DNA of 64,000 bases from Nitrospirales bacterium (lineage in GTDB: Bacteria; Nitrospirota; Nitrospiria; Nitrospirales; UBA8639), in NCBI GenBank assembly GCA_965203295.1, contig CBDBCZ010000012.1:32001-96000 (forward strand), written 5' to 3'. Position numbers and translations under genes: made by a program. The notes under the pieces were generated by a model. The model was given only the letters and a program-made list of their open reading frames with translations, ran no database searches and had not been told where the DNA came from. Positions 43,201 to 56,500 of this stretch are shown here, one piece after another (the stretch's first letter is position 1; each line of letters begins with the position of its first letter).

Positions 43201-46200
43201 ATAAACCCCTCAGAGGTGTGGTCTAACTAGTTTGTACCATCGTGTTTAGTTTAGTCTAGCTGGCTTCAGTGGTGGTCAGCTCAGCTATTTTGACACTCGG
43301 TTTGGCCAAGTGGGGCATCGTACAGTTTTCTTTTTGCTGTCGATAATATTCATCATGCTAACTATAATGCAGCAAATAAAAACAGAATAAGCAAGGAAAG
43401 CCGTTTCTTGCTACTGCTACTGTAAGTACATGTACGTATGTGCACCTCAGAGAATTGCATATTGCACTCACTGCATGTGTCTTCAGCTTACTTAGTATCC
43501 TGTCGTCATGCACCTACATGTAAGATGACCACACGTACATGTACCTTGGTGCAACTGTGTATTATCTACATACATGTAGCTTTACTTGAATAAATTGAAG
43601 GTCCCATAGCAGCCAGTTAAATTTAATTAGAACATTGCTACACATGTCTTCCGTATGTATTTAAAATTATGTGTATTTGTCACAGATCACTGTAGACTCA
43701 GCACCATCTCAGCTAGCCTCAGAGTACTACACATCGGAGGAAATCGTATCCTTCAGGAAACCCAGGAAGAAGAGAAGGTGCTAAAAGCTGATGATTTACT
43801 GCCGCTTCCTGATGCAAGGGACCGTGGGTCAAGGTGTGTACTCTTGTTTGTGACCTCATTGTGCATCTAATGTGCGAAAGAACTGTTTAAGGCACCAGCC
43901 ATATTAATGTCAGAGATAATTAACGGGAAACTTTGTAGCTGAAATGAGCGTTCATCATGTCTACCCCTGCTCTGAGATCTAGAAATGCACAGTGGAGAGG
44001 CTATTCTGCTGGTGCTTAATTAGGTTTCACTCTTGTTTGTTCTTTCTGGTTGAAGTATCAGTTTGACATTTTAACGTAGATTTAAGCCAAAGTGTTGTAG
44101 AATGGTACTATTTAGATATGTAATAATGCTTTCTTGCATGTAACATGTATCTTTTCAGGGACCATGGTAGTAGGAAGCACGAAGATGGGGAAGAGAGTGC
44201 AGAAATGGAGGTGGATGTATCGTCACATGGTAAGGGACAACAAAAGTACTGTGTACTGACCGTATTTCCACGATCAGACACCATGCCTGATTAGTTACTG
44301 CCCTCAAGTTGTAGCTGCACTTGAAGCTACATGTAGAAGTGCTGAAGGAAAGTAGCTGCGGGTAAAATTTAAGTCTTGCAAAAACAAGCAACACAATAGT
44401 GTGGCTTTTTCAAGAGTGGAGTTTAATTAATGTAGGAAGTGGCTACCCAAGTTCACCTATGTGCCTGCGGATGTATCAAGGCTGCTCATGGCTCTATATC
44501 TTTCCTATAAAACTGGTATCATTGTGCTTTGTGATATAGCTTTTCAGGCACAACCAAGTGTGCTGTTTGTATGTCGCTGTATAGCCAGCATACTGCTCAG
44601 TGTAGTAAACACTGTCCTTAGTCATCACCCAAGAATAGTAGCCGCAACGTCTGATCGCAGATAATTATTTTTGGTAGGCTTGCATGTATGTACATAGCTC
44701 AAACTGAAGATTGTTTAGTAGTGTGTATAGTCTGCAGAGGAGTGCTGTTCGTGGATCTCTGGAACAATCTGTATTGTTTTATTTTAGTGTTCCAGTTTTG
44801 AATGCCAGAAGAAGGTCCAGATTGATGGATTTTAGTTGAATTGAATATTGTTCCAGAGAATGACGAATAACTCTCCTGCCTATTTAGGAATAAATCCCAC
44901 CATAACCATGGCTCTACACTGTACAACTGTGTATGTGCATAGCTACGTACATATATAGCCTAAATTTCAGGTCTGCGACTTTTTTTGGTTACACGAAAGT
45001 TGTCACAGGGCCTGGGGTCTAAAGTTACGCGCACGAGGCCAAGAGTGGAGAGGTAGTAGAACGGTAATTATGAGAGTGGACAAATACAGTTGTAATTCTC
45101 AGACAACAAAGGGGAAGGTAGCGAATCTACACTTCTTGCAGCTTTAATTATTTTCTTCACAGCCCGTTTTTATCATAGACTTACCGCTGAAACAAGTCTC
45201 TGATACAATGGCAGCCGTCTTTCAAAGCAGATAATAACATAAGTTGATCACGTAACTTTTAAGATGCCAGACCCTGTGACTTTCTTATGTATCTGAAAAA
45301 GTCGCAGTCCTGGGAACGAGGCTGCAGGATTATTGCAAACAACAAACCCTGGAGGGAGAGACCTTTAAGGGCCACACTGTTTAATTTTTATTATACGTAT
45401 CACTCTACACAAGTACGTGTCTCTTGTTTCCAGACTCCACGATTGATGATCTAAAGGATGAAGTGGATAGTAAGGTGGACAGTGCTTTACAGCGGTGAGT
45501 ATTTAGATGTCCTTTTTGATACACATGTACATCATTGTGTATGTATGGTTCAAGGGACGTGTAGCTTGTTTTGCAGCCATGAAAGAAAGCAGTCGAAGCG
45601 CCTCGAGTCGGTGTATGTGGTATGATGTGCGCAACTAAATTATTGTACTATGCAGCTTTCTCATTTGAAGTGACTGTGGATACTTAAATGTTGTGATTTT
45701 CTGAGCTTCTCTTCTTTTGCTCTCTTTTGACTACTCGTCACGTGCAGTTCTGGTAACATCATGTTGCTTCATTCACATTACATGTGACTTCAGCAATAGC
45801 AGACATACCAAATGTGATGTTTGCTCCCAGGTTTTCCTCATGCTTTTTACCTCAACCGGTTTTGTTTGTTTGTCATTATCGTCATTGTCTGTCATAGTGT
45901 TTTTTGGAAAATATTTTTAAATGGGCGATTTAGAGGCCATAACTATGTCAAAGCAGGAGGTAACAATTTAAAAAAAGAAATTGTCGTGTGTGTGTACATG
46001 TACCTGATTGTGACTAAAGTGGTTCTAGTCTCCGCATGTCCAACCCTTTCTTATTCAATGTGCGGCCTCTTGCTTGACACGTGTTTAATCATATTGGAGT
46101 ATACGTAGAAAAGCATCCATTTCATTAGTACTGCGATCAGTCCCACCCATACCTTGGATACGGCCATACATGAGCACGGTATATATACATATCTTTCATG

Positions 46201-46443
46201 CTGTTAGGTCCAGTCTTTAGAGTCCAGTAGTGCAGGATATGTCTCTGCTTGAGACTTTAGTTTCTACAGCTGTGAAAAGAGCTGTGTGGGAAGGCCTGCA
46301 TAACCAATCCCTTTCTTAAATTTACATTAGGACGAGGCGTTTGTTGAGCCGAGGAAAGGCAGGTGTCTCAGGTGCAGCCAAAGTAGCCACTATGCTGGAG
46401 AGCGTTCCTGAGGTCAAAGAAGAGCCCTTAGATGAGATTTCAG
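40252..46443 (+). pseudogene. SART1: SART1 copy 2, internal fragment of 7 exons
   Basis: Exons at 40252-40388 (ILDEGEDVLVNVTMVDQEKADKNVENRKGKPGYDPY..), 41753-41825 (VKPPPILKKYNEEIEGEKKESFSL), 42753-42826, 43686-43833 (same frameshift as copy 1), 44159-44229, 45434-45494 and 46331-46443. Homology to copy 1 ends at ~47140, and no earlier SART1 exon was recognised in 37-40 kb. Confidence 0.9.
41870..42440. mobile_element. Degenerate Tc1/mariner-like MITE in SART1 intron
   Basis: TA-CTGTATAGCTGGAAAATT ... AATTTTTCTGGCTATACA-TA. Confidence 0.5.
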
Positions 46444-47150
46444 GTACATATACATGTACGTATGTACTTCTACATGTACATCAGTGGAGGTTGGAAGTGA
46501 TCACGTGCACGTCAATAATGCATGATGTTATGTATAGCTAATAGTGTTCCATTAAGAAGGACACGGAAGGTATATTGACTTCTGGCTTAAACAACATTTG
46601 ACATGTATATCTCTACAGCTTTTGTGGGGATGCCCCCTCAAAAACCTTGGCTTGCAAGTCAGTCAGCTTGCAAAATGTTTTGTAAAGCTACAGTAATTAA
46701 GGTGTTTTTACCACTCAAATTCTACTTTAAAACCTGCTAATCTTACACACAATCACTCGAGGAGCGGCTATTATTGCTCTCCTCTGCCTGAAACTACTTC
46801 ATTACATCATCAGACAACATGACTAATTGAATTCCACTGTATTGCACGTGATTGCTTCCAACTTCCTCTGCTTCTACGGGTACAGTGCAACATTTTTTTG
46901 TCTTTCATTTTTACTTAAACGACCTCTTGCACATGGAATTGTGTTTCTACATTCCCAACCTATGCATCATGATGTACTAATTAAATTGTGCCACATGACA
47001 GATAGTAGTATTAGCTGTAACAGTTATGTTTGAGCCCTTGCACCATTTCCCTGCTAGCATCTAGCCATAGGGCACACTTTACTGGACGTCGTTGCTGAGG
47101 TACATGTGTTTATATATTGAGGTACAGATAGTACTGAACCATAACAGTGT

Positions 47151-47940
47151 ACCTGCTCTGGAAACAGTGCAGTGAAACTTGGAGGAATAACACTCAAGCT
47201 ATCGATGAATTTCTTGGAACATGGCCGACAACAGCATTCCTTTGTGTAAACTGCTACTGCCTAGGAATCCTCAACGTTGCCACTCTAGCTAGCTAGCTGT
47301 CTTCTACTGCAGTAGTTCCTCCAACGAGAGAGTTTACGTAGTCTTGTCTATGGCAGACTATGCTCAAGCACTCGATAGCTTCTGAACTAATGCATGAGTT
47401 GGGCGCATTTTGGGAATTTGTACAATTGTACTGCACATTTTATGATTTCATGGTGAGTTAGGGTCAGGGTTAGACTTAGGGTTAGGGTTGGGGCTAGGGT
47501 TAGACCTACGGAGAGGGTTAGTTTGTAGTTTTTTTGAATGTGCAATGCAATTTATGGAATGCACAACGCAATTTATACAGATAGTTCCGATTCATAGAAT
47601 GAGCCAAGCATATGCGTGTATTCCAGCACTGTAGCCATGTCTACACGTATGACTCTTTCACTATACTGTGTAGGAGAAGCTGGGGAATTCGACACTGCAG
47701 AGCAGCGAGAAAGAGAGATTGTCAGGCAGAAGCTTAGAGCTAGAGGAGTGAGTCGATTTTATTATAGTGGTTGAGGGGGAAGGGAAACATAATATCAGGC
47801 AACTTGAGTTTTAAATAGCTACATGCTGAAAAAGGGGTATTGGTAGAGTGAGCTGGCTCCCATTTGCATGTTAACAGGCATCATCTTCTCACAGTGTTTG
47901 AATACCTATAGTGAAGCTGTAGCAGTATGTCAAGGTACAT
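47151..47940 (+). pseudogene. SART1: SART1 copy 3: single exon (47674-47747) with flanking intron, truncated by the Helentron
   Basis: Repeats 42071-43125 with two internal deletions. Homology stops exactly where the Helentron 5' hairpin starts. Confidence 0.85.
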
Positions 47941-50583
47941 ATCATGGAGTACGGTAGTACTCCATATGTAGGGATGGCACGGAAAAAAAATGGCGGCCCC
48001 ATATAACGCGTACAAAATGATACGTTCAGAACTCGCTTCTGATTATAGTCATAGGCTTTTATGAACCACAACATGACATCTCGAGTGTTTTAATCAGCAA
48101 CAAGACTATTAGCGTTGCAAGAAACCTTCGCTGGAGTACCACACCGGCTGATTCGACACACTTGGGGGTGGGGCGTAATAGTACATCTTCTTTCTTGTTT
48201 CTTCTTTCTTCAGCCAGGCTAGCACAATAATGGCTGAAGCGATCACAATGATTCAAGCGCGAACAAGCTGGATATTCTCTGGGGTATTGCACTCGCAGCA
48301 TAGCGTTTTCAAAGAAATCGAATAGGTTCAGCAGTGATTCACGAGTATTCTCGAGCGGACCCTTGTCGTTCGACGCCATTTAATGACAAGGATTACGCAT
48401 GCGCAGACTTTATCTATTTAACGCCTACCCATGATCGTGCAGGCTGCTCGAGTGAACGCTGGTCGTCCTACGCCATTTTGGCTAACAATATTCATAACAT
48501 TAACGTAAACCAGTCCAGTCCAGTCCAGTCCAGACCAGTCGAGACCAGTGCAGACCAGTTCAGACCAGTCCTGTCCGGTTTAGTCCAGAATTTCTGCTTG
48601 ATTGCAGTATAAATTTTCGCACACCGGATGTAGTTTTTTTATTGTTCTCGAGTCGAGTTTCTCTTCGTTGAGCTGTTTTATTGAAGTTAAAGCCAGTATC
48701 TCGTATTTAAGTTTTCGGATTCTACGCCTAGTTGTTTCTGTTATTCATCTTGGAAATACAAGGTACTGTGTATGCAGTAGTGTAAGTGAGGGGTGTTCGT
48801 AGGGTGGGGTTGTCTGGTCACGTGGCAAATTTACCTCGTTCTCTGGGCCTTTCCGTCTACCTTTGTGATGTATCATGAGCTACTGTTGTTGACCTGCTTG
48901 CAAGCAGAAAGCCTTGGAATTGAGGCTAATTCATCGCCTGTCCAGACAACTGCTACTGTGCGCTCACTTACAATATACATAATTTTTGGAAGAAAACAGC
49001 CCAAAAGAGACAATGGCAGCTTCTCGGGTAGCCTCGCGTAGTAGTTACAGCATTCACTGTGATAAGACGACAGCCGCTTTCCTTTCCCACACTGGATGTA
49101 TTCCCAGAATAAGCAACGGTACATTCAAAACCAGGAAAGTCTGACGGACTTTCGATGACCGAGTCTGTGTACACTGAGCCTACATATATATATGCATGAG
49201 TGGAAGTGCAGGCTACTAGAAGGAAACATGGCAGTACATATGACCTGCTGAGAGAGCTTGTATTGTCCTATATAGCTTGGCCCATAGTGTGTGTGAAACT
49301 GCTACATCAATATTATTTGTGGCTTAGTGTATAGGAGCCTGCTGGAACAAGATAATCAAGATTATGACTTGTAGTACATGCTTCCTGTTTTATGGCTTTC
49401 TTAATAAGACTCATGACATCTGTTTGACCACTAATTGCAGTACATTGTGATCTGTATACTGTGGTGTACATGTATATGCCAGATGTATATGTATGTACCC
49501 CTGCATAGTGCTTACATCTTCCCACGCACCGTGATATAAATATGCAATAACATAAACGGAAGTCTGAGCATTTTCATTTTCCCTTCCACTACAGTCCAGC
49601 CCAGTGTGAGCCAGGCCAGTAGACTGTGGACTAATCCATTGCTGCAATTACAAGGTACTGTGTAGGCAATATGCATAATTTGCGAGAAAAAGTCCCAAAA
49701 TACCGCACAGTACATTAAAAGCAGGGAAACTGTAAAATCAGCCTCCCATGCCAGCTATAGGGCCAACCCAGATAGCAGTTTCCCGGGCAGCCTCCCGTGC
49801 TAGTTATAGCACTAACCATGATAAGAAGGCAGCCTCCCGTGCATAATTTCCTCATGCCTAACTTGCTGTAGCTAGTAATAGAAGTGTATCAGAGGAGGTT
49901 GGAAGCGATCACGTGTACGTCAATAAACGCATGATGTCACGTATAGCTAATAGCATTCCATCGAGAAGAATACGGAAGGTATGCAGAGGTTTACGTTATC
50001 TGGCCTACTGAACGTTTTGTAGCTTCACAATCTTCGAGGGGACAGGTGGGGACGCTGCCTCAAAAACCTTGGCTTGCAAGTATGGAGCTGAGCTGCAGAA
50101 GATTGGGCTTGAATGCATCGAATTTTCAGTGAGGTTGCAAAGATTTCGCAAACCTACGGTATGGTAGCGGTTTTACCACTCAGATTCTAGCTAAAATTAC
50201 ACAAGATCACTCATGGAGCGGCTAATATTGTTCCTCTCTGCTCGAGCCGTTTTCTTTACATCATCAGCCGACACAGCTAATTGCATTCCACTAGTAGCAC
50301 ACAAGTGTATATACAAGCTGTGGCTGCTTCTGTTCTATATATGGCTTTCTTAATGAGATTCATGCGCACCAGCTGTCATATTTTGACCACTAATTGTACA
50401 TGTAGTACACTGAGCGGTGTACATGTATATATAGATATATATACATATATATACATGTACAGCTACGGAATACCATGAACAGAGGTCTGAACATTTTTAT
50501 TTTCCCTTCCACTACAGTCCAGCCCAGGCCAGTAGACTGTGGACTAGTCCACTGCTGCAATTACAAGGTACTGTGTAAGCAAT

Positions 50584-53500
50584 ATGCATAATTTGAGGAA
50601 AAAAAAGACCCAAAATAAAGCACGGTACATTCAAAACAGGGAAAATGCAAAATTAGCCTCCCGTGCCAGATATAGGGCCGGCCCAGATAAGAAAAGGGCA
50701 GTCTCCCGGGCAGCCTCCCGTGCTAGTTACAGCACTAACCCAGAGAAGAAGAAGGCAGCCTCCCGTGCTAGTTACAGAACTGACCCTGACAAGAAAAAGG
50801 CAGCTTCCCGGGCAGCCTCCCGTGCTAGTTACAGCACTAACCCAGAGAAGAAGAAGGCCGCCTCCCGTGCTAGTTACAGAACTGACCCTGATAAGAAGAA
50901 GACAGCTTCCCGGGCAGCCTCCCGTGCTAGTTACAGGGCTGACCCCGATAAGAAAAGGGCAGCAGTTCGCATGTATTATGCCAGGACTGCTGCAGCCAAG
51001 CTCAAGTGGGCCAAAAAGTACTATCAGAAGCACAGGGGGAGAATATGTGCTTCCAAACGAGGCAGGTATGCATTGGCAGAGCCTAAGCCTGTCGCAAAGG
51101 AGTTTTATGCGAAAGAGCTTCAGCAACTTTTGTTGAAAGATGATGAAGCTAGGGTCCAGCTTGTGAAAGCCTATAAGAGGCAGTACAAGAGTGCAGCAAA
51201 GCGACTGCCTCCAGTGATGATCAAAGCTGTCTGTAGAATAGCAGCTAAAAGACTGCTAAACAAAGTCTTGCAGGTACGCAAGGAGCACGCTGGTGCTTTG
51301 CTCAAGACTGCAAGAGTAGTCACTAGCCTCAACATCAAAGGTCGAGATGATTTCGGGGAAGGGTGTCATACTGCTTCCTCGGAACCATTCTACTATGATG
51401 CAGCCTATCAGCCTGTGCAGAGAGCCTGTGTCATTCCCATTAATGAGAATGGCAGATGTGTGGTTGCTAATGAAATTAGCAGCTCAGGAAATGACAGTAG
51501 CAAGACGAAAGGGAAGCAGCCTCTGAAATGGTGCTGTAGTAGTGAGTGTAAAACACTCACTGAAGCAGAAGTAGCTGCCGTGGTTAATCTCAAACAGGCA
51601 TTTGAGAAACCCATGGAAGAATTGCGAACTGCCTTGTATGCATGCGATAGTGGGTGTCCTAATGGACACTACACCAAAGCTGTTGTTAGGGAACACGCAG
51701 GCAGTATCGATGTTGACTTGCAAGGTCACACTCTGCCTTGTTTCAATGATGGGGGATGCTGTAGTCAGCTTCGCATACTGAGAGCAGCATCCACTCATTA
51801 CAGTGTGTTGAGAACGCTCTTGAATCACGTATACAGTGCAATTACGAGCCACTTGGGTGTTCTTAACATAGACAAGGCTCTGAGCACTGGTGACTTGCAC
51901 TTCCTAAAGGAGATCACCAAGGTGCCTGATTTCGCAGTGTTGCTCACAAATGATCTTGACTGTAGCTATGAGCAGCACATTGATGCTGCTGTTGCTGACT
52001 CAGTCCTCAAGAGTGTAGAATCTCGGTTGCTGATTGCACATGCACAGGTCATAAGTGACCTAGAGAAAGAAATTGATGATGATCCAGAGCATGCATGCTG
52101 TAGCTGCGAACGCCTGCATCAGAGAAAGTCTGTAACGAAAGTGAAACTCTCTGACAACCTTGGTTCCAAGGTTTGGCCTGCTCTGAAAGCCTTCATAGTA
52201 GAGCAAAACCCAGATGCCAATGAGCAAGTGCTTTACATGTGTAATTACTGTAAGGCACTCGTCAAGAAAGACGAAATGCCACCGCGTTGTGTCCTCAATG
52301 GATTGCAAACAATTTCAATGCCGCCTGAACTGGCGAAATTGGACTGTTTGAGTAGGCAGCTGATACAACGTGCCAAGTGCTACCAAACGGTAGTCAGGCT
52401 CGGCACGTACACTGCCAAAGTACCTGTGTACAATTCACTGAAAGCGTGTAAAGGTACCATGTTCTTTCTCCCTCTGCCATTCAATAAGACTCTCAAGACT
52501 CTGGAGGAGGTAGAGCATCCCAGCACTGCCTTGCCAGAGCCTGAGCTGTACATAATAGTGAATGGTAGGCCAACAAAGGGGGAAGTTGTGTGGCGTAGCC
52601 TAGTGAACGTTGACCTCGTCAAGACTGCCACAAAAACACTAAAAGAAATCAATTGGCTCTACAAGGATGTGAATGTTGAGTCTGTTGACGAGGCAGTTAA
52701 ACGGGTAGTGGAAGTTACCAATAGTGCTAGCAGTACGATGCTACAGAAAGCTAGCACAGATGACATTGCTGGCTTTCAAGCCTACACAATCAGAAGCTTA
52801 GACAATAAGCTCTCCAGTGACTCTGACATAGAGCAGTACAAAGTTCTAAACATCAAGGAAGATCCCTTGGGCAATCGCGAGAACTTCCTTGATGTTATGT
52901 GCTTTCCGGTGCTCTTTCCCACTGGACAGTTTGGTGAGCATCACCCTCGTCAGGTGAAGCTTTCTCACAGTGAGTATGTGAAGTCGCGGCTACTCAATAA
53001 AGACTCACGCTACAGAAAAGACCCCCAGTACGTCTTTTTCCTACTGTGGCAGAAAGAAATGCGTGAGATCTCTGCAGGTGTGTACAACCTGCTGAAATCT
53101 ACCAGAAGACAGCCCATGTCTGTCAGTGCACTGTTGCACGGGGTGGCGACTCGCGACGAACACCTCGAGGCCAATTTGTGCACGATGCTTCAGTCCGTGC
53201 GTGGTACGAAGCAATACTGGTTTGCGAAACAGAGCGAGCTGCGGTGCATGATTCGTGCATCGGGGCCGCCCACTCTGTTTCTTACCTTCAGCTGTGCTGA
53301 ATACGAGTCTGCAGACATCGACAGGTATCTCAGAAAAGTCAACGACGTTTCTCCGTCCTACAGCATAGGAAAGCTTTGCACTGACGACCCGGTATCAGTG
53401 TCCAGGAAGTTTTCGCTGAAATTCCATGCATTCTTTCGCACAGTCCTACTGAAAGGTGCAGTGCTCGGCGAGATCGAGCACTATTACTGGAAAAAGGAGT

Positions 53501-56500
53501 ATCAGGCTCGCGGTGCTCCTCATTACCACGTGCTCTTGTGGATACAGGATGCTCCAGTCATCGGTCACGATGATCCCGAACGGGTACTAGCTTGGCTGCA
53601 AGAGAGGATCACTTGTCACATACCTGACAAGGAAACTGATCCCGACTTGCACAGACTGGTCACTAGGTACCAGATGCACAAATGCAGTGCATATTGCAAA
53701 CGAAGACGCAAGTGCGGTAGAACATTCATTACCCGCTGTAGGTTTGGCTTTCCCCGCCAAGCCTGTAAAACTGCTACACTGAACTGCGTGGATGATGCTC
53801 TGAAATCGCGCAGGAAAATATACCAGTTGCCTCGAACAGAGTTGGAGGTGAGGGTCAATGACTACAACCCTCTCCTCCTAATGCTGTGGAAGGCCAACGT
53901 TGACGTGGCCGAGTCGTCGCTAGCTCTGGCCCACTATGTCAGCGGCTATGTTACTAAAGCTGAAAAGAGTAACTTGCAGGACATCTGGCACGAAGTCAGC
54001 GAAAATAAGAGCATTTACAGTCAGCTCTGGAGCTTTGGCGTGCGCAGCTTACGCTCTCGAGAGTGCGGGCTGTACGAGGCCAGCGATCTGCTGCTCGGTG
54101 ATCACCTCACCGAGAAGTCTGATGCCGTCAAGTGGGTAGATGTCTCCCTGCCTCACAAAAGGAGTCGCAGGTTGAAGGACCACAAGGTCTTGGAAGATGT
54201 CGCAAAGCGCGACCCCAACAGTGAAGACATCTTCCAGGACAACCTCTTAGATACTCACTATCCCCGGAGACCGAGCGATCTAGAAGGCCTTTGTCTCTAT
54301 GACTTTGTAGCCAACTATGATTACTGCGGTAAAGATGGCAATGGAGACAGGAAGTACAGGAAGCTTACAAAGCCTCGACTTCCTAACCACAAACTCTTTG
54401 ATCCAGAAAGAGAAGACCAGACAGAAGCCTACTACTATTCTCTGATACTCCTCTTTGTTCCATTCAGAGATGAGAGTAGTTTGCTTCTTGAGAATGAAAC
54501 CACCGAAGAAGCATTCCGGCGCCTGTTACCTGACGACAGTACCTGCTCTGCCTATCACAGCAGACTGCAGAAGATGTTGCAAGCCCGAGCCAACATCAAG
54601 CAAATCAATGACGCCAGACAGGCTGATGGTGAAGAACACAAGATCAGCAAACAAGATGATGATCCGCAGCTGTTGGGCGAAGCAAAAACGGCAATGAAGG
54701 AGCTGTTTGACATGAACGCCCACCCTGCCGACACTCTGTCCCTAAAACAGAGAATAGCAATGCTCAACGCTGACCAGAGGCGCATCTTTGACAAAGTTAA
54801 AGATCACCTCCTCCACCAACAACAGCACGAGGCTGATGAATGTAGCTGTGACTTAAGTCCGCTTCGCATGTTTGTCAGCGGTGTCGGTGGAACGGGTAAG
54901 TCGTTCCTCATCGAAACCGTCAAGGTATTAGTTCATGACCTCTGGCCCTCTGACGATTTAACGTGTGCCATTGCAGCACCGACTGGTTTAGCAGCTTTCA
55001 ATGTTGGTGGTATAACCATTCACAGGCTCTTTCAGTTGCCCATTGAACATGAGGGGAAGACAGCTCAATATTGGGCACTCCCCAAATCTTCACGAAAAGT
55101 GATGAAAACCACACTTCGGAGTGTGAAAATCATCATTGTAGATGAAGTTTCCATGGTTTCTAGCCTCAACTTTGCATATATGCACTTGAGACTAGAAGAG
55201 CTATTTGGTAGCCAAGACTGGTTTGGCTCTAAAAATATGCTCTTTGTTGGTGATCTACTTCAACTACAGCCTGTCAATGGACTTCCTGTATTTGAAAAGA
55301 TCACTCAAAAGTCGCTCCAATACAGACTTGGATGCGCAGCGTCTGTCAACATCTGGAAAGATGCTATCGCTTACGACGAACTGACTATCAATGAGCGTCA
55401 GAAACAAGACGGTGAATTTTCATCGATGTTGGATTGTGTCAGGTGTGGCCATCCAACTGATGAAACACTTAGCATTCTCCAAAAACGAGTCATTCAGAGA
55501 TCCGTAGCGGACAAGTTCGTTGAGCTTCAGCAATCTCAACAATCCCCTGTTTGTCTTTTCCCACGAAGAAAAGAATGCGATCATTTTAACAATGAAATGC
55601 TCAGTCGTCTCAGTTCACAAGTACATAAATTGTTGTGTACTGATGAAGTTGACGAAACTTACAGTACACGTAAGTGGAGCAGAAAAGCAGCAGAACAGCT
55701 TGACAAGCTTAACAAGGACTGTAACTTGACAGCAGGATTAGAAGCCCAGCTATTGCTAGCTGTCGGAGCACGAGTCATGTTGCGCCGCAATATTGACACA
55801 AATGCTGGTTTAGTAAACGGTGCCATCGGTACCGTCCTGTCCATTCGAACTGATCACGTCTCTGTTCAGTTTGACCACATAAGTGAGCCTTATGTTGTGG
55901 AAAAAGTAAAGAGCAGATTCATGGTCATGAAAAATTTCTATGTGTACAGGAAACAGTTTCCCTTGATTTTGGCCTATGCTGTGACCATTCACAAATGCCA
56001 GGGTCTGTCATTGGACTGTGCCATAGTAGACCTCTCTGATAATGTGTTTAGTGCTGGAATGGCCTATGTAGCAATATCGAGAGTTCGAACGCTAGCTGGG
56101 GTACACCTGGTTGCATTCGACCCGAACTCCATCATGGTTAGCACTAGCTGTCTCAAAGAAGTGAATCGCTTGAGACAAGTGTATAGACCAGACCTTAAAC
56201 CATATCCACTGCTGGTTAAACCTACAACCGGTACTAAACGTAAGCTCACTGGAAATACTGCATGCACAGAGCCCGAATCCAAAAAAACACGCCTTTCTAG
56301 GAAAAGAAAGCATTCGGGAGAACTCCCATGCAGTTCAAAGCTAGAGGCCAAAAAGCCCAAACAGAGTCCTCCTACCAGCAAGAGCTCTCCGGATGTCAGT
56401 GATGGCACTGTCATCTATTGTGGTAGTGAGCACTATACACCCCCTAATGCCATTAATCGACCACTCCCAGATGATCTCTGGCAGAGACAAAAGATTTGTG

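Noticed and set aside
47840..47850. Clean empty site for the 410-491 hairpin repeat in SART1 copy 3
   Set aside because: Flanking bases are also lost, so it is better explained as a microhomology deletion.
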